Below are positions 1-8,531 of a stretch of DNA of 20,155 nucleotides, piece after piece. The position numbers and the translations under genes are program-made. This stretch comes from an uncultured bacterium (GTDB lineage Bacteria > Hydrogenedentota > Hydrogenedentia > Hydrogenedentales > JAEUWI01). Within the stretch, counting starts at the first letter, position 1. Each line of letters begins with the position of its first letter. The notes under the pieces were generated by a model, which saw only the letters and a program-made list of their open reading frames with translations, had not been told where the DNA came from and searched no databases. The DNA lies in the NCBI GenBank assembly GCA_963977445.1, contig CAXBPH010000118.1:1-20155 (forward strand), in the 5' to 3' direction.

Positions 1-416
1 ATACTCAAGGAGATACACTTAACGCACTGTCCAGAATCCGGGGTCCACTTCTCCCCCGAGGGTCATTCACAACTTAAGCCACAACGCGGATATTTCATGG
101 ATTGGAGCGGAAAGCCACCCGAGTATTGAGGCTGGACAACGATACCAAGAGCGACGCCTACAAAGGGGACGACGGTGATTGTGAAAGCACCTTGCCCCTC
201 ATTGAGGAGGCGCACTCAGCGCACCCGACGTTTAGACTCCCGAATCTCCCGGAAGGCAACGACGCAGCATTCGGGGCAATATCCGTGACTGATGTCAATA
301 TGCTCCGAGGCCTTTGGCTCGAACACTTGCCAAGCTTCTTTTACCAGCACCTTTTTACAGACGCAACATTGCACTTCCATGGTTCACCTTCTTCCCCGGT
401 GTCAGCGAGACGTGGC

Positions 417-457
417 AAAAGCGATGGGAGGTGGGCCCTGCAGCCCACCTCGCTCGC
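417..457 (-). terminator. Probable intrinsic terminator of the VWA-OmpA gene
   Basis: Stem GAGGTGGGC (428-436)/GCCCACCTC (443-451) with a 6-nt loop, extendable by GCGA/TCGC. AAAA at 417-420 gives a U-run on the minus strand. Lies ~15 nt after the stop. Confidence 0.7.
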
Positions 458-472
458 ATTGGACGAAATACG

Positions 473-1552
473 CTACTCAACCACAGTTAGTTCGACGCGA
501 CGATTCTGGTGCAGGTGTTCCGGGCTGTCATTGGGAACAGTGGGTCGCAATTCGCCATAGGCGTTTGTATTCAGGCGGGAGGCATCTGCGTTGCGCTGTA
601 CCAGGGCGGCCTTCACGGAATTAACACGCCGTTCCGAGAGGCGCTGATTGTACGCATCAGACGCGTTGAAGTCCGTGTGCCCATCCAAACGGATACGCAT
701 TGAAGGATTCCGTGCCATGATCGCTGCGATTTCGTTAAGTTGTCCATCATAGCTGCTGGCAACGACGGAGCTGTCATTGTCAAAGAGTATGTTGCGGAGA
801 TTTAAGGGCAACCCTTCGGGAGCGGTTATGGTGACTTGTTGGACGTCGCGAACACCCAGAAAAATGTCCCGAACCATCGTGTCTACGGAGGCGGCTGTGT
901 TGAGGTAGGTGCCGTCGTAAAATTTTCCGCAACCAGTCACGTTCGCCATTTCCTGCATCAACTCGGCACCTTCGCGGTCCGACCCGATGAGCACGGTGTA
1001 AATACAGAATTCACCACCGTGGGCCATCTTAAGGTCCCGACAGGCCTGCAAGACTTCCAGAGGGTTGAGTACCTTCCCATCAGAAAAGATCACCAGGGCA
1101 CCGCGGCCACCTACCCCGGCAACCTCATTCTTTTGATATTGAATAGCGCGCGCCAAGGGGGTTGTTGAACCCAGGGGTCTTATTCTTGCTGCGCCGCTAT
1201 TCATTAGTCCGCGGTCATAGCGCGCCAGTGGTTGCTCGACCCAATCCGATGAGGAGACGCCAGCGAAGGAGTCGATGCCCGCTTCATAGGTGCCATCGGG
1301 CATGGCTGCGGTGAACGCCTGAACCAGGTTCTTCTCCCACCGGTACATACTGCCAGAGCCGATGGAACCGGTCACATCCACCAGAACAATCAACTGGTCC
1401 CGAATAATCACCTCACTATCCTGGACCACGAGGGGCGCAACGCTGCTTAGGTCAAGTGTATCCCCGTGTTGTTGAGAAAAGGACTGGCAACCGGCCATTG
1501 ATGCGAGTACCGCGCAGCAAACAATGCTCTTTTTCCATTCTTGATTCTTCAT
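473..1552 (-). CDS. OmpA-family peptidoglycan-associated lipoprotein with N-terminal VWA domain
   Basis: Lipobox-like MAG|C after a hydrophobic signal; MIDAS-like DVTGS, TPL and IFSDG. C-terminal OmpA_C motifs ILFD, LDGHTD, YNQRLSERR, AYGE, NRRVE. AAGGA upstream. Confidence 0.92.
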   Translation of the reverse strand: MKNQEWKKSIVCCAVLASMAGCQSFSQQHGDTLDLSSVAPLVVQDSEVIIRDQLIVLVDVTGSIGSGSMYRWEKNLVQAFTAAMPDGTYEAGIDSFAGVSSSDWVEQPLARYDRGLMNSGAARIRPLGSTTPLARAIQYQKNEVAGVGGRGALVIFSDGKVLNPLEVLQACRDLKMAHGGEFCIYTVLIGSDREGAELMQEMANVTGCGKFYDGTYLNTAASVDTMVRDIFLGVRDVQQVTITAPEGLPLNLRNILFDNDSSVVASSYDGQLNEIAAIMARNPSMRIRLDGHTDFNASDAYNQRLSERRVNSVKAALVQRNADASRLNTNAYGELRPTVPNDSPEHLHQNRRVELTVVE

Positions 1553-1608
1553 TGGGACTTAGTTCCTTTTCTTCCCGGCATAGGTTTTGAATGATCCTGG
1601 CACCGCCT

Positions 1609-1659
1609 CCTCTGTGATTCATTTACACGCAAAACTGCGATTGAATCCGCTAACAGAGG
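1609..1659 (-). other. Extended stem-loop in the leader of the OmpA gene
   Basis: Nested pairing CCTCTGT/ACAGAGG, GATTCA/TGAATC and CGCA/TGCG. A -10-like TATAGT lies on the minus strand at 1679-1684. Confidence 0.45.
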
Positions 1660-2157
1660 GCCTGACGTCACCTGGTCGACTATAAAATTCGCGAAAAACC
1701 GAGAGAAGGCGAAAGTACTACAACACGATCAGTCTACGACTTTGCTGGAAAGTTGGAGTAGTGATCGCGTAAACTTTTCGTAAACATGCGATTATGTCGG
1801 GGCGCGTCCCCGTTCCTGCCCCGAAAGCCAACGGGAGCGAAATGACAGAATTTTGGTGATAGCGCGGCGATTCTTTGCCCAGAATTCACCCGATATTCGC
1901 CTGTAACTTGCACGCTCTTGAGACAATAAAGCCGATATATTCGTTGATATTATGGATGAATTCCATTTTTTCAAAGGGACCGTATCTTGACAATGAGTAC
2001 CCCCGCCCTTCGATTCCTTTCACCTGGATCACGGGCATACACCCGAGTCCAATACCCTGGAGTCCGGGTGGCGTTCTTGCCAGGAGACCGGGCCCGTAAC
2101 GTGGAAACGCCAGAATCCAAAAGGGCCGCCCCAGCTAGAGCGCAGCTGGCCGCGCCA

Positions 2158-2331
2158 ATGAGTAACAGTCTTCGTGCCCTGGTCAAGTATCTGGATGGCG
2201 TTTTCGACCATGATATCGCCGAGCTGAATATTCCCACTGGTCTTCCCCTCGTAAACGAATTGGACGAAGCACTTCACCCTTATTGCCACCATTACCTCGG
2301 TAATAGACTGAAAAAGGCACCGTATCTTTAA
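2158..2331 (+). pseudogene. gpmA: C-terminal remnant of 2,3-bisphosphoglycerate-dependent phosphoglycerate mutase
   Basis: [46 protein letters not shown] matches the GpmA C-terminus ([27 protein letters not shown]...YLG). The His of AHGNS and all N-terminal sequence, including RHG, are absent. Confidence 0.85.
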
Positions 2332-2349
2332 CCTACAAAGGAGATGAGA

Positions 2350-2739
2350 ATGTCGATTCAAGTGAAGATAGAAGATGGTGGAAAAACGCTCGCGGTTCAC
2401 GTCAGTGGAAAACTGGTAAAAGCCGACTACGAGCAGTTTGTCCCGGAATTCGAAACACTCGTTGAGAAACATGGAAAACTTCGAATACTGGTCGAGATGT
2501 CCGATTTCGATGGCTGGGACGCCGCGGCCCTGTGGGAAGATATAAAGTTTGATGCCAGGCATTTCTCCGACATCGAACGGCTCGCCATGGTCGGTGAGAG
2601 TAAATGGCAGCACGGGATGGCCATCTTCTGCAAGCCCTTTACCACGGCGACGATCCGGTACTTTGACCACGCTGACGCCGATGTTGCGAAAGCCTGGTTG
2701 GCCGGAAGCGACGACAAGGGTGCCAGGCACGACAAATAA
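2350..2739 (+). CDS. STAS/SEC14 domain (SpoIIAA-like) protein
   Basis: Motifs GKL..ADYE, GKLRIL, FDGWD..ALWED.KF, IERLAMVG...W, IRYF, A.AWL. AAGGAG (2338-2343) is spaced 6 nt from ATG 2350, favouring it over ATG 2344. Confidence 0.88.
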   Translation: MSIQVKIEDGGKTLAVHVSGKLVKADYEQFVPEFETLVEKHGKLRILVEMSDFDGWDAAALWEDIKFDARHFSDIERLAMVGESKWQHGMAIFCKPFTTATIRYFDHADADVAKAWLAGSDDKGARHDK

Positions 2740-2813
2740 ATGTCTCCGAAGCCGTCTAAATTCTTTTGGGGGCGCAGCGGTGTAGTTGCCGGTATCTATG
2801 GTCCCATCAGCGG

Positions 2814-2846
2814 GATCGCCGCCCTTTTATCGGGGGGGCGGCGGTC
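2814..2846. terminator. GC-rich hairpin between convergent genes, likely terminator
   Basis: GATCGCCGCCC (2814-2824) pairs with GGGCGGCGGTC (2836-2846). No long U-tract. Confidence 0.5.
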
Positions 2847-2957
2847 TTAGACCAAAAACACGAGAATTCCTTCTTGATACGTTTAGGATTCTCTAAGCAG
2901 CCTGCTTACGAACGAGGCTGTTGACGATTCAGTGACCAATCAGGTTAACTTTCTGCG

Positions 2958-2978
2958 CCTGGGAGTCTGACTCCCAGG
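2958..2978. repeat. Perfect 10-bp inverted repeat CCTGGGAGTC-T-GACTCCCAGG
   Basis: Read directly; 8 nt beyond the kinase stop codon; no U-tract. Confidence 0.75.
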
Positions 2979-2986
2979 AAGGCCAA

Positions 2987-4747
2987 TTACCCCGCCATTA
3001 CGGAACGCACCATTTCCACCAGCCTTTCGTATCCTACCGGCTTTTTCAGGAATCCGTCGAAGCATTGATTTTCCGCAATGTCGGGTATGTCCAAATCGCG
3101 GTAACCGCTCAATAGAATGATTTTTATCCCTGGCTTAATGACACGGAGTTTGGCTCCGGCTTCAAAGCCGCCCATATGCGGCATGGTGAGATCCAACAAC
3201 ACGCAGTCAACGATGTTCTGATGCTCTCTGAATACAGTAAGTGCCTCTTCACCGTCACTCGCCGTGTAAACGGTGTATCCACATTTTTTAAGAATCATGG
3301 ACAGCAGGGTCCGAATCGAATCCTCATCATCGACTATCAGAATAGTTCCGGAGCCCCGTATCAGCTTACCCTTACTGGCCGGAACCGCCGGAGTTTCGGG
3401 CAACGGACCGTGGGCCGGCAGCAGCACTGTTGCCGTGGTACCGTGGCCTGGTGTAGTCTCCATGCGAATTTCACCATGGTGGGAGAGGACGATTCCCCGG
3501 ACCGCAGCGAGGCCCAATCCGCGCCCCTGAAATTTCGTTGTAAAAAAGGGGTCGAACATGTGTTTTAAGGTTTTTTTATTCATCCCGCAACCCGTGTCGG
3601 CCACCTGCAAATACACGTAGGGGCCGGGCGGCAGCGTTTCCTGCCCCCCCGTGTCGCTACGGTCACTAATCTCTGTCGTGCCCGTACGCAGCGTTATGGT
3701 GCCACTCGTGTCGCCAATGGCGTCCGATGCGTTCGTAATCAGGTTCATAATGACTTGACGTACTTGTGTCGGGGCCACCAGGACGGCGGGGAGCTTGTCC
3801 CCAAGCTCGAGCAACAGCATGGCCTTTTTCTTGTGCGAAACGGCGAGCAAGTTCGCCATTTCCCGCGTGAGGGCCGAGAGATCCAAGGCGCAGACTTCCA
3901 GCGTCCCGCCTCCGGAGTAGGCGAGCATCTGGTCCGTAAGATCGGCCGCCCGGGCTGCCGCCATCGCGATTGCCTGCAAATACTTCTGGCCCTCAGCACC
4001 CTCAGGAAAGGACCCGATTGCGAGATCGATGTTACCGCCGATGACCTGGAGAATGTTGTTAAAATCGTGGGCAATGCCGCCCGCCATAACACCAAGGCTC
4101 TCGAGTCGCTGCGTTTGTTCCAGACGTTTATCGAATTCAAGTCGTTCCGCCGTGGCGGCGGCAGCCAGGTCTTGTGCGTGACGCTTTTCTGAAATGTCAG
4201 ATACTGCGATACGGAGCTCCCCGGTTTGTCCGCCCGAGTTTGCTTGGACCGGTACGATATCCAGCGCAGCCCAGAAGACCGGTGCCTGCCCTGCGGGTTG
4301 TAGCCGCAATTCGCAGGCTGCCTTCATCCCTAAGGCGTAAACCTGGCGACGACTTTCGTAAAATACATCCTGATCTTCCAGTACGACAAATGATGAAAAG
4401 GGGCGTTTTATAAAGAGACCTCGTTCCAGCTTCAACATCTCTGCAAGGGTTAGATTGGCCCCCTGAATGAGGCCACTCTCCGCCACGCTGATATAGCCGA
4501 CCGGTGCAAATTCATAGAGATCGGAAACCCGTTCGTGAACTTCCATCAACTGGTCCTGGGCTACACGGAGGTCCTCATTCTGTAATTCCAACTCGATTTG
4601 ATGGGTATGGAGTTCATTCACCAGCCTGCGTATCTCGCCGGGAGACAAATCAAGATTCTCGTCTTCGCCTCCCGCCACGACCGCTTGGGCACGTTCGCGA
4701 AGTTTTTCGATGGCGTCAGGGCTGCGCTTAACTTCTCTCATGTTCAT
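2987..4747 (-). CDS. PAS-domain hybrid sensor histidine kinase/response regulator (CckA-like subfamily)
   Basis: N-terminal HQIELELQNEDLR coil, PAS (YEFAPVGY), H-box GGIAHDFNNIL, N-box QVIMNLITNASDA, G1 DTGCGM, F-box FDPFFTTK, G2 GRGLGL, receiver ILIVDDE..LLDLTMP..KP. No TM segment. ATGA overlap with the upstream gene. Confidence 0.95.
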   Translation of the reverse strand: MNMREVKRSPDAIEKLRERAQAVVAGGEDENLDLSPGEIRRLVNELHTHQIELELQNEDLRVAQDQLMEVHERVSDLYEFAPVGYISVAESGLIQGANLTLAEMLKLERGLFIKRPFSSFVVLEDQDVFYESRRQVYALGMKAACELRLQPAGQAPVFWAALDIVPVQANSGGQTGELRIAVSDISEKRHAQDLAAAATAERLEFDKRLEQTQRLESLGVMAGGIAHDFNNILQVIGGNIDLAIGSFPEGAEGQKYLQAIAMAAARAADLTDQMLAYSGGGTLEVCALDLSALTREMANLLAVSHKKKAMLLLELGDKLPAVLVAPTQVRQVIMNLITNASDAIGDTSGTITLRTGTTEISDRSDTGGQETLPPGPYVYLQVADTGCGMNKKTLKHMFDPFFTTKFQGRGLGLAAVRGIVLSHHGEIRMETTPGHGTTATVLLPAHGPLPETPAVPASKGKLIRGSGTILIVDDEDSIRTLLSMILKKCGYTVYTASDGEEALTVFREHQNIVDCVLLDLTMPHMGGFEAGAKLRVIKPGIKIILLSGYRDLDIPDIAENQCFDGFLKKPVGYERLVEMVRSVMAG

Positions 4748-7700
4748 CGCCCTTCAACGTGGGGGGGCGCAGCAACCGTCCCGATGCCCAAAATATGGCA
4801 CAGGGCGTCTGCTTCATCCCGAATACAGGTATAGGACCAGTCGATACTATGGGTTGCCCCCGCCTTGTTTAGCCAGCGACTCGATCCCGTCGCGGGAAAT
4901 GGGCCATCTTTCATTGCAGAGAATGCGGTCTTCTCGGCATCGATCGCGTCGGCTTCAGTCAGGACGTCCCAGTAGGTCCGTCCGACGATTTCCTTCTCGG
5001 AAAAGCCCGTAAGTTCGCGACATTTTTTGTTGAAACGAAGGACCTGCCCCTCGGGCGACAATACAACCATCAGCGCGCCGATCTCATCGAGGGCACTATT
5101 GGCGAATTTCTTCTCGGATGCCATGGAATTGGCGGATTCGATGAGCGCTCTCAATTCAGACACGTCGTGAAAGGTCACCACCACCCCATCGATAACGTTA
5201 CTCACCGTCCGGTAAGGCCGCATGCGTACCGCGTAGGTCCGTCCGTCGTGACTACTGACCTCACGTTCCCATCCGTTCAGGTCGGCGAGCACTTTTTCCG
5301 CACACGCGGCCAATTCACATTCGAGCAAGGAGCTGGCAAAATGCCGTATGGGACGTCCCACGTCGCCAATTCCCAGGGGCACAATGGGTACTACTGCGGG
5401 GGTGAAGCGCCTGACCCGGAATTCCGTGTCCAGAAAAATGGTGGCAATATCCGTGCTGTCGAGCAAATTCTTCATATCGTCGTTGATGCTGGAAAGTTCT
5501 TCTATCCGGCTCTGGAGTTCGGCGTTAACCGTCGTCGACTCCTCGTTCAACGACTGAAGCTCCTCCTTGGAGGTCTCCAATTCCTCATTGGTGCTCTGCA
5601 GTTCCTCGTTGGTGCTTTGCTGCTCTTCATTGGTCGATTTGAGCTCTTCGTTGGAGGTCTCCAGTTCCTCAATGGTAATCTGGAGATTCTCACGGGTGTG
5701 ACTCAACTCTTGTTCAAGGGCCACGATTTTCCTGGTGGTCGGGGCAGCCCCTCGGGACGTATGATTTCCGGCAGCAAGAGCACGCTCGTCAACCGTCTCC
5801 TGGAACGTGACCATCGTCATATTTTGTTGTGCGCTTTTTCCGAAAACGGGTTTGGCGACTAGGTTGAACGTGGTCACACCGCCTTCGGCCTCCACACGAA
5901 GCCCTTCCCGACGCACTTCTTTCTTTTCAGCATGGGACTTGCGTATCACGGCACCAAAATCGACACGAAAATCCGGCCGGGCCATCTTTAACACATCCAT
6001 ACTTGCCTGCCCCTGGGCCGGCTCGAGATACTTCCCCGTATGGCCGTGAACATAGACCAGGGTAAACTTGCTGTCGATGATAACGCACGGGGGAGCATCG
6101 CTTTCAGAAAGTATCGTTTCGACCAGCTGGAGCAAGCCGGAACCGGCGTCGTTCGCAAAGTGGCTCGTATCAGACCCACCTTCAGCCTTATGGAAGGAGG
6201 TAGCGGATAAAACGGATGAAGCGGAATACTCCGGGAGGTTTCGGGTCGCTCCTGAAACAGGCGCGCGCTGGAAAATCTTCCACTTTTTGCTCCGAGCGGA
6301 AAACAAATCCGAGGCCTGTCCGATGGACTCAAAGGTACCGAGAAATAGGATACCGCCTGGTTTCAGGCTATAATGAAACAGCGGGAAAAGCATATTTTGA
6401 AGCTCCGGCCCAAAATAGATCAGCAGGTTCCGGCAACTGATGAGGTCCAGCTTCGTAAAAGGCGGATCTTTGATCACGCTCTGTGGCGCGAAAACAACCA
6501 TCTCGCGAATCAGTTTTTTGATGCGGTACGTGCCATCACTTTCCCGGACGAAGTAACGATTCAGACGCTCGGCGCTTACGTCCGACCCGATGCCTACGGG
6601 ATACAAACCCGCCCGGGCAATTTCGATGGCCTCTTCGTCGATATCCGTGCCGAAGACCTGAATACTGAGCTGGCTGGAGGGCTCCAGACATTCATGGAGC
6701 GTGATCGCCAGCGAATAGACCTCTTCACCCGTGCTGCATCCGGGCACCCAAACCCGAAAGGTATAGCGATCCGGTTTGCCCTCCAGAAGTCCGGGCAGGA
6801 TTTCGTTCTTAAGCGTTGCATAGGCTATCGGGTCTCGAAAGAAATTGGTGACGCCGATCAGGAGCTCCTTAAAGAGAATTCGCGTTTCCCGTTCGCTTTC
6901 CTGGAGAAAACGAACGTATTCCGATATATCTTCGACCTGGTGAATATTCATACGCCGTTCGATACGCCGGATTATCGTATTCTTCTTGTACCGTGAAAAG
7001 TCGTGATCCGTGCGATCCCGGAGTATGACGCATATTTTCTGAAAAGTCACCTGCGCGATCTGGGGCTCGGCATCAACGAGCAAGGTAGCATTCTGGTTTT
7101 GGCGCCCTACGTAACTGATGAGCGCTTCGGGCATCTTGTCGGGCGGAAGGACAAAGTCCGCCAGGCCCGTGGCGGCGGCACTTCGGGGCATGCCGTCATA
7201 TTTTGACGATTCCTCATCCTGCACCATGACCATTCCATGGTGCTCCTTCAGCGCCCGAAGTCCGACGGAGCCATCGGATCCGGTACCAGAGAGAATAATG
7301 GCGACCGCGTGGGCACCCTGATCTCGGGCAAGGGACCGGAAAAAACGATCGATGGGCAGGTTTGCGCCCCGTTTTTTTTCCGGGGGCATGAGTTGAAGCG
7401 AGCCGTCGAGGATAGACAATTCGGTGTTCGGCGGAATTACATAAACACAATTGGGACGTGTCTCAGCCCCATCGCGTATCGCGCATACAGGCATGGTGGT
7501 GCTGCGTTGCAGAATCTCGGGCAATACACTCGTGTGCGTCGGGTCCAGATGGGTAACCAGAATGAAGGCCATGCCACTATCAACAGGCATGGCGCGGAAG
7601 AACACCTCAAGCGCCTCAAGGCCACCGGCCGAGGAACCAATGGCCACGGTATGAAATTTCGGCTCCGGCGGCGGTTCTGCCACTGGGCCTTCTATCGCTG

Positions 7701-7809
7701 GCGTGGACGTTTCGCTCACCTTTTTCTCTGGTGGCGTTGCTCCGGTTGTGGCGGTTTTTTTCTTGGATTTGGGCCTTTGTTTTTTGGCTTTGGTTTTATC
7801 TTCGGACAT
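4744..7809 (-). CDS. CheB methylesterase-CheR methyltransferase fusion with coiled coil and PAS domains
   Basis: CheB motifs GSSAGG, THLDP, LSGTGSDG. CheR motifs VTNFFRD, VWVPGCSTGEE, GTDID, CRNLLIY. NEELQSTNEE heptads, then two PAS-like domains. GGAG RBS 5 nt upstream. Confidence 0.95.
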   Translation of the reverse strand: MSEDKTKAKKQRPKSKKKTATTGATPPEKKVSETSTPAIEGPVAEPPPEPKFHTVAIGSSAGGLEALEVFFRAMPVDSGMAFILVTHLDPTHTSVLPEILQRSTTMPVCAIRDGAETRPNCVYVIPPNTELSILDGSLQLMPPEKKRGANLPIDRFFRSLARDQGAHAVAIILSGTGSDGSVGLRALKEHHGMVMVQDEESSKYDGMPRSAAATGLADFVLPPDKMPEALISYVGRQNQNATLLVDAEPQIAQVTFQKICVILRDRTDHDFSRYKKNTIIRRIERRMNIHQVEDISEYVRFLQESERETRILFKELLIGVTNFFRDPIAYATLKNEILPGLLEGKPDRYTFRVWVPGCSTGEEVYSLAITLHECLEPSSQLSIQVFGTDIDEEAIEIARAGLYPVGIGSDVSAERLNRYFVRESDGTYRIKKLIREMVVFAPQSVIKDPPFTKLDLISCRNLLIYFGPELQNMLFPLFHYSLKPGGILFLGTFESIGQASDLFSARSKKWKIFQRAPVSGATRNLPEYSASSVLSATSFHKAEGGSDTSHFANDAGSGLLQLVETILSESDAPPCVIIDSKFTLVYVHGHTGKYLEPAQGQASMDVLKMARPDFRVDFGAVIRKSHAEKKEVRREGLRVEAEGGVTTFNLVAKPVFGKSAQQNMTMVTFQETVDERALAAGNHTSRGAAPTTRKIVALEQELSHTRENLQITIEELETSNEELKSTNEEQQSTNEELQSTNEELETSKEELQSLNEESTTVNAELQSRIEELSSINDDMKNLLDSTDIATIFLDTEFRVRRFTPAVVPIVPLGIGDVGRPIRHFASSLLECELAACAEKVLADLNGWEREVSSHDGRTYAVRMRPYRTVSNVIDGVVVTFHDVSELRALIESANSMASEKKFANSALDEIGALMVVLSPEGQVLRFNKKCRELTGFSEKEIVGRTYWDVLTEADAIDAEKTAFSAMKDGPFPATGSSRWLNKAGATHSIDWSYTCIRDEADALCHILGIGTVAAPPHVEGR
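5539..5670 (-). repeat. Imperfect 21-nt tandem repeat encoding coiled-coil heptads
   Basis: EELETSN/EELKSTN/EEQQSTN/EELQSTN/EELETSK/EELQSLN; typical of CheBR fusions. Confidence 0.85.
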
Positions 7810-7869
7810 AATACTCCAATGGCATGCACGACGGACGAGTTATCAGACATTGTAATGCACTCTCCATAC

Positions 7870-7898
7870 AGTATGCGCCGATTACTTGATATACGCAA
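7870..7898 (-). promoter_or_regulatory. Putative sigma70 promoter for the cheBR-kinase operon
   Basis: Minus strand TTGCGT (7898-7893), 17 nt, CATACT (7875-7870). Confidence 0.4.
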
Positions 7899-8054
7899 TA
7901 GGGGATAGTTCCAATCGCGAGTGGTCTGATGTGCGCAGTTGGGTGTCGGAGCTGTGCCGGGGACTGCACTGACCTGGAGTACCTGGCGGCAGCGTAAAGC
8001 TGTCTTGGTACCAGGGAGGCCGTGGGTAGAGTAGGTGTCTTTTCTGGTCGGGGC

Positions 8055-8089
8055 CGTCCCCCCGAGGGCCATTCACACTCAGGGGGACG
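8055..8089 (-). other. Stem-loop abutting repeat copy 1
   Basis: CGTCCCCC-C-GAG...CTC-A-GGGGGACG. The single C/A mismatch becomes a U:G pair on the minus strand. Confidence 0.6.
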
Positions 8090-8213
8090 CCAACAAAGCC
8101 GGTACAGCCTCACACCCCGAGTAAATCGCATTACCTTCAGCCTATCCACAAGGAGTAGGGGCCTGCCCATACCAAAGGGGATCGTAGGTGCGAAGGCAGT
8201 CCCGGGACTGTCA
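8088..8213. repeat. 126-bp direct repeat, copy 1
   Basis: Ungapped manual alignment to 8406-8531 with 10 mismatches; ends in the palindrome CAGTCCCGGGACTG. Confidence 0.95.
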
Positions 8214-8405
8214 TCCGTTACGCCCCAGCGGAACGGGGACTGTACCGTCCGTACGCCGTGATGGTGGGATTGAAAGGCGAACTGAACTTCGACCATACGC
8301 ACCCATGCCCGCGCTCAAGACGCTTCCAAAACGGATAAATCTATAGCAGCGTTTCCCCAATATCCCCAACAAGTGGAATCTCGTTACAACCTGTTACCAC
8401 GACAT

Positions 8406-8531
8406 CGCCAACAAAGCCGGTACAGCCTCGCACCCGGAGTAAATCGCCCTACCTTCAGCGTATCCACAAGGTGTAAGTGCCTGCCCATACCAAAGGGGAT
8501 CGTTGGTGCGGAGGCAGTCCCGGGACTGTCA
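8406..8531. repeat. 126-bp direct repeat, copy 2
   Basis: 116/126 identical to 8088-8213; start-to-start distance 318 bp. Confidence 0.95.

Noticed and set aside
239..276. Stem CCCGAAT/ATTCGGG enclosing CCGGAAGG, reminiscent of SRP RNA domain IV
   Set aside because: Lacks the CAGG and AGCA internal-loop spacing and the long SRP helix.
102..624. Plus-strand ORFs of 152 and 110 aa
   Set aside because: No recognisable motifs; they overlap the OmpA gene antisense and run through its terminator.
1987..2157. N-terminal extension of the 114-aa ORF and a TTGACA at 1987
   Set aside because: No GpmA similarity or RBS in this part; no credible -10 at the proper spacing.
5539..5670. 21-nt tandem repeats as CRISPR or VNTR
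   Set aside because: No spacers; in-frame coiled-coil heptads normal for CheBR fusions.
8088..8531. 126-bp repeats as a CRISPR array or known tandem riboswitch
   Set aside because: Units too long, only two copies, no cas genes; no c-di-GMP, cobalamin, glycine, TPP or SAM consensus found by eye.
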